From Pseudomonadales bacterium (lineage in GTDB: Bacteria > Pseudomonadota > Gammaproteobacteria > Pseudomonadales > DT-91), in contig CBDDBO010000002.1 of assembly GCA_965225765.1 (NCBI GenBank), forward strand, positions 1,875,712 to 1,899,711: a stretch of 24,000 nt of DNA, read 5' to 3'. The position numbers were made by a program, and so were the translations under genes. Positions 15,786 through 23,543 of the stretch are shown in pieces; position 1 is the stretch's first letter, and every line of letters starts with the position of its first letter. Under the pieces are notes generated by a model. It had not been told where the DNA came from. It saw only the letters and a list, made by a program, of their open reading frames with translations, and did not search any database.

Positions 15786-15810
15786 CAAACCAGCAACTGA
15801 GGATCAATTC

Positions 15811-16215
15811 ATGGCAAAATCACGCTCACCGGTAAGACTTGATGAAGATCTCATGGCTGATGCGGCGATCAGCGGCAAACTTCATAGCCGATCTGCTGCT
15901 GAAACCATTGAATATTGGGCCTCTATCGGTCAAAAAGTCTCAAAAATACTCGACCCAGAAACCTTATTAGATATTCAAGCAGGCGCTGTATCGCTTGAAA
16001 TCAAAAAACAAACCGTCACGCATGTTGATCCTGATGACTTATTTTCAGGCATTGAAGCATCACGTGAAGCGGGAACCTTAACCGCCCCCCCTCATCAAAA
16101 ACCCATCTATCAAGCAAGCAAAACGCATCCAGGCAAGCTTGAACAACTCATGCCAAATGGCGACATCAACATTGGGCAATTCAAAAATGGCAAATTTACT
16201 CAAGTCAAAACGTAA
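15811..16215 (+). CDS. ParD-like (RHH-type N-terminus) antitoxin
   Basis: GAGGA sits 8 nt upstream of the ATG. The N-terminus is SPVRLDEDLMADAAISGKLHSRSAAETIEYWASIGQKV. The gene lies 6 nt upstream of a zeta-type toxin gene. Confidence 0.7.
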   Translation: MAKSRSPVRLDEDLMADAAISGKLHSRSAAETIEYWASIGQKVSKILDPETLLDIQAGAVSLEIKKQTVTHVDPDDLFSGIEASREAGTLTAPPHQKPIYQASKTHPGKLEQLMPNGDINIGQFKNGKFTQVKT

Positions 16216-16221
16216 CAGCGC

Positions 16222-16818
16222 ATGACACATTCCCCTCAACTTTGGCTGCTCGTCGGCGGTAATGGCGCTGGCAAAAGCACCTTTTACGAGCAGTTCCTAA
16301 AGCCAAAAGGCATACCCTTTGTCAATGCTGATGTCATTGCAAAGACGTATTTTGGCGAACAGGCAGAAACGCGTTGCAGAGAAGCAGCCCAGATTGCCGA
16401 GCATTTGAGATTCAGGCTTGTTGAAGAAAAACAGTCATTTTGCTTCGAAACCGTCTTTTCACACCCTAGCAAAATAGACTTTGTCGCTCATGCTAAAGCC
16501 TCGGGTTATCAAATCATTGTGGTGTTTATTCGGCTTGAACAACACCCATTGCATTACGCACGTGTAGCACAACGCGTTAGCTTAGGTGGTCATTCTGTAC
16601 CTGAAGACAAAATCAGCCCTCGAATTGAACGACTTGAAGACAATGTCGTGTCACTCATCGAATACGGATTAGCGCATCACATCAAAATCCTAGATAACTC
16701 GTCTGCCTCTGACCCTTTTAAACCCATACTCACGATCAAAGGTCAGCAATTGACAGAGCATCAACCCGCCACTCCGATTTGGCCTGCGCGTTTTATTCAA
16801 GCGGCGACAGATTACTAA
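16222..16818 (+). CDS. Zeta-toxin-family P-loop kinase-like toxin
   Basis: It has a P-loop at LLVGGNGAGKSTFYEQF and is ~198 aa long. Its pairing with a ParD-like antitoxin is typical of this family. Confidence 0.75.
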   Translation: MTHSPQLWLLVGGNGAGKSTFYEQFLKPKGIPFVNADVIAKTYFGEQAETRCREAAQIAEHLRFRLVEEKQSFCFETVFSHPSKIDFVAHAKASGYQIIVVFIRLEQHPLHYARVAQRVSLGGHSVPEDKISPRIERLEDNVVSLIEYGLAHHIKILDNSSASDPFKPILTIKGQQLTEHQPATPIWPARFIQAATDY

Positions 16819-17009
16819 CGGTTTGTCTGCTTTGCATTCAGCCACGAGTGAACCTCAGCGTAACTGAACAATCGTTTACCTCCCATTAATTTTGACTTTG
16901 GAAAATCGTCTCCCTTAGACAGTTTATTTCTCAAGGTTCCTTCAGTGAGCCTTAAGATATGCGCAACTTCTTTCACGGTATAATAGTGTGTATCGTGAAT
17001 AATTTTCAT
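16815..17009 (-). CDS. AlpA/excisionase-family small HTH protein (copy 2)
   Basis: MKIIHDTHYYTVKEVAHILRLTEGTLRNKLSKGDDFPKSKLMGGKRLFSYAEVHSWL is roughly half identical to copy 1 by eye. Its 3' end overlaps the zeta gene stop by 4 nt in convergent orientation. Confidence 0.75.
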   Translation of the reverse strand: MKIIHDTHYYTVKEVAHILRLTEGTLRNKLSKGDDFPKSKLMGGKRLFSYAEVHSWLNAKQTNR

Positions 17010-17133
17010 GACCTACTCTCATCAATAAACATAGTGAAATTTATAGGCCTGTGTCAGAAAAAATTATCCCTTCGAATTGCCCATTTAGGGCAAACCTTTT
17101 CAATTACGCTTAGTTTTTAAAAGCTGCCGGATG

Positions 17134-17302
17134 TCTAGGAGGCTGTCCAAGAACTGACTGTTCGGCCTAAGCTTCCAATAATCGGCCAGACTTCTCATAA
17201 AATTTCTTTAAATAGGCCGGCTATTCGCAGAAATTTTCTAAAAATTCTGACTCAATTCTTGAAACCTTATGCTCGAACGCAATTCTCGGACACCCTCCTA
17301 GA
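17134..17302. repeat. MITE-like 169-bp element with ~30-bp imperfect terminal inverted repeats
   Basis: The left arm is TCTAGGAGGCTGTCCAAGAACTGACTGTTCG. The reverse complement of the right arm is TCTAGGAGGGTGTCCGAGAATTGCGTTCG, giving ~26 of 31 matches with 2 one-nt gaps. The right arm contains the hipA stop codon. Confidence 0.5.
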
Positions 17303-18557
17303 GGCGAAAATCTTTATTGAGGCTCTCCCAATGCACTTTTAGCAAAGCTTTATGGGCATCATTCATGGGTAAATGTTCAAGCTCAGTTCGCCATAGTGCT
17401 CTTGCTTTGTCCATTACATCCTCAACGTGAGGCTTAATTGCACGCCAAGGAACACCTACCTTTTTTGAAAGAAATTCAAAATGCTCTTTTTTGATCTCAT
17501 ACCACGCTTTTGTTTTCGCAAGGTTTAATGCCAAGTGTTCTTCTTCATGCATATACACACTAGTCGTCACTATGTCATAGGCAGGCGATAATCGAGGCGT
17601 GAGTTTATCAGGGTAGTAAAGGCTCCAATTCTTCAAATGTGCATCACCATTTGCAAGAAGAATGTTAATCAGTAATCGCCTTACATACTGTTGCACATCA
17701 GACAACCCGTTATACGAATACTCATAAATAATCTTACCAATGGCTTCTGCATTGGCACCTGTGTACTTTTCATGCGGATATTTAAGTAACACTTGAGCAA
17801 AGTCTTCCATATGCACACGCGTTTGGTCATCTCGATCAAACCGCTTAATAGCAAACGCTTTTGTCTCCTTAGGAAGATTAATAGCCGGTAAGTTATCCAG
17901 CTGAGACATGTCCACCAATTGAATATCAGGAATATTTACACCAGCCATAGCGGCCAAACGCATCGCTGTGTATTCATTAAGCGGAACATCTGGGTGAGTG
18001 GTCGATGGGGTTTTGACAATCCAATCACCTAAGGTGCCACGTTGATTAAATGTAAATCGATCACCTAGCTCACGCATCGAAAACTTCATTTGCACACCAG
18101 CTAAAGAAAACTTTTCTTCAGTTTGGACGCGCTCCTGATTCACAATATCAACATCGCCCATCGCGTCAATGATTGTAGCTGGCACTTCGTTGATTGCTAC
18201 AGGCTCAACAATTAGAGCACCTGGCAAATTAAGACCCACAGCTGATAATAGATCAAATTCATTATCAATGTGTGTTTTTAACGATTGAGCAACCAGCGCT
18301 CGTAACGCTCCTTCTGGCAGCAGATTAGACAACAATGGATGTAGCCTTTGTTTGGTTACCCAAGGTTTTGCTAATAGCCTTGATGATGCTTGAAAGCCAG
18401 GCATTGTCACTAAACTAAGCGCTGGACGCTGTTGGTTTTCACTAAAAGACGTTGCAAAATGCATGATATTGCGGCCATTGGTTAATCCTGCCAAATAGCC
18501 CACGACTGCGCCATGTAATGTGAGTTTAAAGATCTGGCCTTGCGACTTACTCAACAT
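17298..18557 (-). CDS. hipA: HipA-family serine/threonine kinase toxin (module 1)
   Basis: FSLAGVQMKFS (P-loop-like motif), NGDAHLKNWSL (catalytic D-H-x-KN) and LSPAYDIVTT. It overlaps the upstream HTH gene by 11 nt. Confidence 0.88.
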   Translation of the reverse strand: MLSKSQGQIFKLTLHGAVVGYLAGLTNGRNIMHFATSFSENQQRPALSLVTMPGFQASSRLLAKPWVTKQRLHPLLSNLLPEGALRALVAQSLKTHIDNEFDLLSAVGLNLPGALIVEPVAINEVPATIIDAMGDVDIVNQERVQTEEKFSLAGVQMKFSMRELGDRFTFNQRGTLGDWIVKTPSTTHPDVPLNEYTAMRLAAMAGVNIPDIQLVDMSQLDNLPAINLPKETKAFAIKRFDRDDQTRVHMEDFAQVLLKYPHEKYTGANAEAIGKIIYEYSYNGLSDVQQYVRRLLINILLANGDAHLKNWSLYYPDKLTPRLSPAYDIVTTSVYMHEEEHLALNLAKTKAWYEIKKEHFEFLSKKVGVPWRAIKPHVEDVMDKARALWRTELEHLPMNDAHKALLKVHWESLNKDFRL

Positions 18558-18855
18558 CTTCGTCCTCTATCAAACCCACCCATGGGTTTTCAAAATACTC
18601 ATCATCCTCATCTTGACTTTCATTTTTCGCATTTTGCAGCAATGAACGCACCGCCTCTATCTTATCTTTAGGTACAAGGATTAGTTCACTCTCCAACCCT
18701 TCTGCCACTAAGGCCAATGTATCTAATCTCGGATTACCTTTTGACTCTAGCCGCTGGTACTGCTGCCGTGACATGCCCATTTTCAGCAGCATGTCTTGCT
18801 GCTTCAAGCCAAGTTGTAACCGCCTTTGTTTAATTTGCTTAAGTAGCGCACGCAT
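18547..18855 (-). CDS. hipB: XRE-family HTH antitoxin (HipB-like, module 1) with an acidic C-terminal tail
   Basis: HTH: LGLKQQDMLLKMGMSRQQYQRLESKGNPRLDTL. Tail: NESQDEDDEYFENPWVGLIEDEDVE. Confidence 0.8.
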   Translation of the reverse strand: MRALLKQIKQRRLQLGLKQQDMLLKMGMSRQQYQRLESKGNPRLDTLALVAEGLESELILVPKDKIEAVRSLLQNAKNESQDEDDEYFENPWVGLIEDEDVE

Positions 18856-18860
18856 AGATG

Positions 18861-18958
18861 AAACTTATATATTGCTTTTTAATTCATAAGAAACATATTA
18901 GCTTCTTTTAAAGATAAAGCAACTTATTAGATACTAATGAGAAAAAAGCAGCTTATAA
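18861..18958. promoter_or_regulatory. Four A(A/G)C(T/A)TAT motifs at ~29-30-bp spacing upstream of hipB (module 1)
   Basis: AACTTAT at 18862, AACATAT at 18892, AACTTAT at 18921 and AGCTTAT at 18950. The last lies within the palindrome core CTTATAAG. Confidence 0.3.
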
Positions 18959-19033
18959 GTTGCCTTACGGTGAGATTTATCAGGCAATGTAGGCGGTGGA
19001 AAAGTCTCATTGGCTAAACTCTCACTCAATTTA

Positions 19034-19081
19034 ATGCGCAGAAAAGTGCTGCATTTATACACTTTTATGCGCATAAAAGTG
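19034..19081. promoter_or_regulatory. 22-bp perfect palindrome plus a third half-site
   Basis: CACTTTTATGCGCATAAAAGTG (19060-19081) is perfectly self-complementary. ATGCGCAGAAAAGTG (19034-19048) matches the half-site at 14 of 15 positions. Confidence 0.6.
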
Positions 19082-19281
19082 TCAATTTGATCATATTTAA
19101 AACAGTCATGCGGCGATTAGCCCCCTTATTCACCTTAAATTTTGCGGTGATTAACCATATAGTTTTATGAAACGTTTTCGTTAACTCAGTGCTCAAGTAC
19201 CTGCGGACGTAGAATGGAAATGAGAAGCACTACTTACCTAGGAAAATGCAATGATGAATACTTTTGTCTAACGTTTTATTA

Positions 19282-20586
19282 CTAAAGCAGTGCTTTATTT
19301 TCGTTTTTACGCAGGCACAGAGTTTTCTTTATTGCAGTAATGGTTGATTGACTAACACCAAGGCTCTTCGCTATTCCATCAAACTGACTAACAGCATCCA
19401 GTACCTCTCTTACAACAGGCTTAGCTTCTTGCCAACTTGAAAAGCCTGCCCCGGTGGCAAGCTTTTCCATGGTTTTTAATGGCGGCTTACTTCCATACCC
19501 GCCGAAAGCTGTTGCATGTTGGTTAAATGGATGAGGACTGAAGGTTGCATCATAAAATGGCGCAACAGACCACTGCCCGTCATCACGCTGTAAAAAGGAC
19601 CAATTCTTAGTGTGGTCATCTTGATTAGCAGCAAACAGATTAAAAACAGCCCGCCGAAATTGCAGTCGGCCCACCGCTGGCGACTTACACAGCTGACGGC
19701 TCGCTTTAATCAGCTCGACATAATCTAAGCTTGGCGTTCGAAAATCTGCATCAAGCAATCCGCAAGCACTATGCATGTGAAGCCGTCCAGACACTTCACC
19801 CATCACATGATCAAAACGTTTTACGGCTAACCAAGCCTCGGCACCGCTACTTTCTGGCGCTGGTAATAAACGCCAAATAGGTGGCTGACAGCCTGCCAAT
19901 TCTGCCATAGCTAAATAAGCAGCCTCACATAAACCCTCTTCATGACCTAGCGCTAAATTTTTTGATGTGAACTTAACAAGCCAAGCCTCATCACCTGGCT
20001 TCTCATACGTCCGACAAACACTAAAATCATCAGGCGGTACAAAAATTAACGCTTTGGGGCGAGCACCACCAGAGCTGCCACCTGCTACTAGTGCTTCCAG
20101 CACTTGTTTCATGTTGCCATCCAGTTCGTCAGTGATCGCTTGATCAAAAAGTTGTTGTGCTTCAAGCCCCAACGTCTCCAAATCAAATTCATGTTGAGAT
20201 TGATTGGCAAAGGGTGATTCAGGCTCAAACTGTAACGCCCCCATTCCCTTCTTCCCGACAAAAGCCAAGCGATCCATCTGCGTTACCTCCGCAGGCAAAA
20301 TACCCTGTTGGCGATACAGCCTATCTTGAAGCAACAAACCCCATCCATCTGGCAAGTGGTCTGCAAAAAGGCCGTGAAGCCCTTTATGAGGCTCAAGAGA
20401 TGCTTTTTGTAGCTTGAAACTTTCTTCTAAAGAGAAAGGTGATAGATTACCGAATGTACTCAGATAATCTTCACCGTATTGAAAGAATACCCCAGAGCGA
20501 TTTTGCGCCAGTGTGCCTACTTTGACTGATTGACCTGTGGAGAGTATCCGCGTAACACCTAGCTGTTGAATAGGTTTAAATGCCAC
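19282..20586 (-). CDS. hipA: HipA-family kinase toxin (module 2)
   Basis: GSSGGARPKALIF, NQDDHTKNWSFL and VAPFYDATFS. It overlaps the upstream HTH gene by 11 nt. Confidence 0.88.
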   Translation of the reverse strand: MAFKPIQQLGVTRILSTGQSVKVGTLAQNRSGVFFQYGEDYLSTFGNLSPFSLEESFKLQKASLEPHKGLHGLFADHLPDGWGLLLQDRLYRQQGILPAEVTQMDRLAFVGKKGMGALQFEPESPFANQSQHEFDLETLGLEAQQLFDQAITDELDGNMKQVLEALVAGGSSGGARPKALIFVPPDDFSVCRTYEKPGDEAWLVKFTSKNLALGHEEGLCEAAYLAMAELAGCQPPIWRLLPAPESSGAEAWLAVKRFDHVMGEVSGRLHMHSACGLLDADFRTPSLDYVELIKASRQLCKSPAVGRLQFRRAVFNLFAANQDDHTKNWSFLQRDDGQWSVAPFYDATFSPHPFNQHATAFGGYGSKPPLKTMEKLATGAGFSSWQEAKPVVREVLDAVSQFDGIAKSLGVSQSTITAIKKTLCLRKNENKALL

Positions 20587-20875
20587 CTTTCAGCACCTCT
20601 TCGATTGTTTTTGGTTCACCTTGAGCATTCGAGTGATTAGCCACTTGCGTCAACGCATAGATGCGCTGTAATTCATCTAACGACTGCCACAGCAACAACA
20701 ATTGCCTGAATGAAATTTGACCGGTTAGCTCAAATTTTTTGATGGTCGGCGCTGGTACATTACTACGCACTGAAAGCGCTTGTCTCGATAGACCTTCTGC
20801 TTCTCGTAGTTGTCGCAGATAGGCAGCAAAGGCCGTTTGAACGTCAGTCTCATCAAGGAGTTGAAGCTTAGCCAT
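20576..20875 (-). CDS. hipB: XRE-family HTH antitoxin (HipB-like, module 2)
   Basis: LRQLREAEGLSRQALSVRSNVPAPTIKKFELTGQISFRQLL. It is translationally overlapped with the downstream hipA. Confidence 0.8.
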   Translation of the reverse strand: MAKLQLLDETDVQTAFAAYLRQLREAEGLSRQALSVRSNVPAPTIKKFELTGQISFRQLLLLWQSLDELQRIYALTQVANHSNAQGEPKTIEEVLKGGI

Positions 20876-20884
20876 TATAAGTCC

Positions 20885-20946
20885 ATGGATATTATAATGT
20901 CTAATATTAGCCCATTTACCTTCAATATAGATACTATTATATCCAT
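20885..20946. promoter_or_regulatory. Inverted repeat ATGGATAT...ATATCCAT upstream of hipB (module 2)
   Basis: Perfect 8-bp arms at 20885-20892 and 20939-20946. On the - strand each arm abuts or overlaps a TATAAT-like hexamer. Confidence 0.35.
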
Positions 20947-21011
20947 AACTTCATAAAAGTGGCGTCATATACAAAGATGACAAACTCGAAACAGCCGAAA
21001 GCAGTAAAGCT

Positions 21012-22019
21012 CTACCTTAAGACAAAACAATGCCCAAACTTACTAAGCCGTTTCAGCTTATGAGATGTTAATAAACACTTAACACTGTCACTGACCCCAT
21101 CTTCACCAAAATGATTGCGTAAAAACTCAGAGCGCCTTTTTATGCTGTTCAACGTAATAGAAGACTGCAAGGTAGAATCAAAGCCGTGAACTGTGCCGTG
21201 AGTGTCATGCAAGTAGACGTCAACACCTGCAGCCTTTAACTTATTGGCAAACGCCACGCCTTCATCGTGCAGAGGATCAACCTCAGCCGTTTCTATATAA
21301 GCTGGCGCTAACCCTTTAACGCTGTTGAGCAACATAGGCACAGCATGAGACGATGAATTAGCATCATAGGCCCGCCACATTTGCGCTGAGGCTTTTCCGC
21401 TCCAACAAGGTGAGTCGTGAAATGCTTTCGTTGACTCAGTGCTTAAGCTGTTGTCAGTAACAGGGTATATAAGCAGTTGGCAGGCTACTGCACCTTCACC
21501 AAATTGCTCAAAAGCCATTTGCGCAACGGATGCGGAAATAGCACCGCCTGCGCTATCGCCGGCTACCGCTATTTTATCTGCATTGAACTGATCTTGCTTC
21601 CGCATCCACTCAAGCACAGAAAAGCACTGCAGCAATATATCTGACGCCTTATGTTCAGGCGACAAGCCATAATCGACAAAGACCGCATCGCAATTTGCTC
21701 CTTGCATATACTCAAACAATAACGCTTTATGAAAGCCGAATGCAGGCATGACAAACCCGCCACCATGATAAAAAATGATGACAGATCTCTGGCCTGCAAT
21801 CTGAGTGTTTGTAAAGTGTGTGATGCTAACCGGTTGATGGCTACCTGCAACGGTATGCTTTTGGACTGACACCCAACGAGGCGCTCTTGTACATATAAAA
21901 TTTAGCCTTGCGTAAATACGAAGAAATCCGACTAGCCAGCGCTTTTCAAAATCTGGCGCAGGGAATTTCAGCATCGGATGGAAGTCTGGGTGCACCCGCG
22001 CTTTTAATGGCTCGCTCAT
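21012..22019 (-). CDS. Alpha/beta-hydrolase, family IV (HSL/Aes-like) esterase
   Basis: Oxyanion-hole motif FYHGGGF, nucleophile elbow GDSAGGA, and a downstream D...HGF typical of the family. Confidence 0.85.
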   Translation of the reverse strand: MSEPLKARVHPDFHPMLKFPAPDFEKRWLVGFLRIYARLNFICTRAPRWVSVQKHTVAGSHQPVSITHFTNTQIAGQRSVIIFYHGGGFVMPAFGFHKALLFEYMQGANCDAVFVDYGLSPEHKASDILLQCFSVLEWMRKQDQFNADKIAVAGDSAGGAISASVAQMAFEQFGEGAVACQLLIYPVTDNSLSTESTKAFHDSPCWSGKASAQMWRAYDANSSSHAVPMLLNSVKGLAPAYIETAEVDPLHDEGVAFANKLKAAGVDVYLHDTHGTVHGFDSTLQSSITLNSIKRRSEFLRNHFGEDGVSDSVKCLLTSHKLKRLSKFGHCFVLR

Positions 22020-22105
22020 TTGTTGTTGGCCTTCTTAAGCAAGGCCGCGCACTATAACAAAGCAAGTCGTTAGCTCCAACTCAACTTAAGCTATTTTGAA
22101 AAGGC

Positions 22106-23278
22106 TTACAGGCGAGCGAGTGAACCTAAAAAGCCTTTCAAAGGTAACATGAGAGTGTCATCGCCTAATGGAATGACTGACTCCCCTCCATAAATAACAA
22201 ATTTCTTAGCCGCACCAACCTCTTCACACGTTCTATTAAAAACGGCTTTATTGAGTTTTGGTGCAGTGCCATGCTTAATTTCTACCGCCCATAATTCAGA
22301 TGATGGCAACTTGATCAGCAGATCAATTTCCGCACCTGCTGCGGTACGATAAAAATAGGTTTCCGATCGTCTAGGGATCATGCTATGAATATTTTCAATC
22401 ACAAAGCCTTCAAAACTTTTGCCTAACACTGGGTTCGATAACAATGCCTGATGACTTTCAATACCAAGAAGTCTATGCTGAATACCCGTATCACGAATAT
22501 AATAACGTGGCTTTTTGACTAAGCGTTTTTTGACATTGGCATGATAAGGATTCAGCCGCCGCACCAACAAAAGATCACATAATATATCGATATACCAACT
22601 TACCGTTTTATTATCCACCTCAAGATTAGCAGCGATTTTACTGGCATTAATGACCTCTCCCTGTAAATGCGCAAGCATTGTCCAAAGCCTGCGAAGACGA
22701 GCGGACGGGATAGAAAACCCCATTTGAGGAATATCGCGCTCAAGGTAAGTTCTTATCAAATCTTCAAGCCAATCCATCGCTGATTCATCAGTTGCCGCTA
22801 AATAGCTTTCTGGAAAACCGCCTCTTACTAACAATGTGCGTTGGGTGTCCTCGCTAGCACCTACTTCAATGCAGTTAAACCCACTCATATCCAGATAACG
22901 AATGCGACCTGCCAAGCTTTCAGATGATTGACGCATTAAGTCCATCGATGCTGAGCCAAGAAAAAGAAACTGGCCGGTTCTTCTACCCTGCTCTCGATTG
23001 GTATCGATCACGCCACGCAAAACTGTAAATAAATCTGGCATGCGCTGGATTTCATCAAGAATAATCAATTTGTCTGCATGCATTTCGAAAAAGCTTTTAG
23101 GATCACTGAGCTTTAATAAATCGCTTGGTGATTCTAAATCTAGATACAGAGTATCCATTGTTTGGCTCAGTGACTTTGCCAGAGTCGTTTTACCTACCTG
23201 CCTAGCCCCAAGCAACGCAACTGCAGGCATTTCAGAGAGATGTTTTAAAAGCAATGGCGTAATGGTTCTTTCAATCAT
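22106..23278 (-). CDS. AAA_14/DUF4143-type ATPase
   Basis: Walker A is GARQVGKTTLAK and Walker B-like is LIILDEIQ. The C-terminal region is typical of DUF4143 proteins. The track start (TTG 23314) is unlikely. I chose ATG 23278 (MIERTITPLL...), and ATG 23287 is also possible. Confidence 0.8.
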   Translation of the reverse strand: MIERTITPLLLKHLSEMPAVALLGARQVGKTTLAKSLSQTMDTLYLDLESPSDLLKLSDPKSFFEMHADKLIILDEIQRMPDLFTVLRGVIDTNREQGRRTGQFLFLGSASMDLMRQSSESLAGRIRYLDMSGFNCIEVGASEDTQRTLLVRGGFPESYLAATDESAMDWLEDLIRTYLERDIPQMGFSIPSARLRRLWTMLAHLQGEVINASKIAANLEVDNKTVSWYIDILCDLLLVRRLNPYHANVKKRLVKKPRYYIRDTGIQHRLLGIESHQALLSNPVLGKSFEGFVIENIHSMIPRRSETYFYRTAAGAEIDLLIKLPSSELWAVEIKHGTAPKLNKAVFNRTCEEVGAAKKFVIYGGESVIPLGDDTLMLPLKGFLGSLARL

Positions 23279-23374
23279 ACCTTGCATTTTAGGAGTCAAA
23301 CTCCAAAAAAACAAGGTTTTTCATTAAAATACCCTGCAAAATTGGAGTTGAACCCCCAAAATGCAAGGTTTCAT
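23274..23374. repeat. Imperfect ~50-bp tandem direct repeat spanning the ATPase start region
   Basis: Read on the - strand, ATGAAACCTTGCATTTTGGGGGTTCAACTCCAATTTTGCAGGGTAT aligns with ATGAAAAACCTTGTTTTTTTGGAGTTTGACTCCTAAAATGCAAGGTAT at roughly 70-75% identity by hand alignment. Confidence 0.55.
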
Positions 23375-23441
23375 AAGATATTAGAAATACGGCTACTTGT
23401 CTTCACCTGAGAGCAGGCCAGCTTATTTGGCACGATTAACA

Positions 23442-23473
23442 AAATCGCGCCACTCTTTATCTAAATCGCGCCA
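23442..23473. repeat. Perfect 11-mer direct repeat AAATCGCGCCA x2, 21 bp apart
   Basis: Copies at 23442-23452 and 23463-23473, ~70 nt upstream of the wHTH ORF. Confidence 0.6.
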
Positions 23474-23543
23474 AATTCATGCCATCAACATTCAAGATAC
23501 TGACAAGCATTGAGCCTCGCAGTCAGGCATAACCATCTCTGAA

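Noticed and set aside
15378-17009. Interpreting the two AlpA-like genes as evidence for a prophage or integrative element
   Set aside because: There is no integrase, no phage structural or replication genes, and no att repeats in the window.
17077-17093. Hairpin TTGCCC-5 nt-GGGCAA as a terminator
   Set aside because: The U-tract is displaced (~15 nt away on the - strand, interrupted on the + strand), and it lies upstream of the AlpA-like start rather than right after a stop codon.
19034-19090. 18-aa ORF MRRKVLHLYTFMRIKVSI overlapping the palindrome, and a 46-aa ORF on the opposite strand
   Set aside because: Neither has an SD. Their existence follows trivially from the ATGCGCA half-sites, and neither is hydrophobic enough to suggest a type I toxin.
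19109-19153. TGCGG(C/T)GATTA 11-mer near-repeat spaced 34 bp apart
   Set aside because: With one mismatch, in a 426-bp AT-rich spacer, my rough estimate is that such a pair is expected by chance about as often as not.
16284-23327. Track ORFs 16284..16472(-), 20157..20417(+), 21569..21850(-) and 22998..23327(+)
   Set aside because: They are embedded in or antisense to the zeta toxin, hipA-2, esterase and ATPase genes, and have no independent support.
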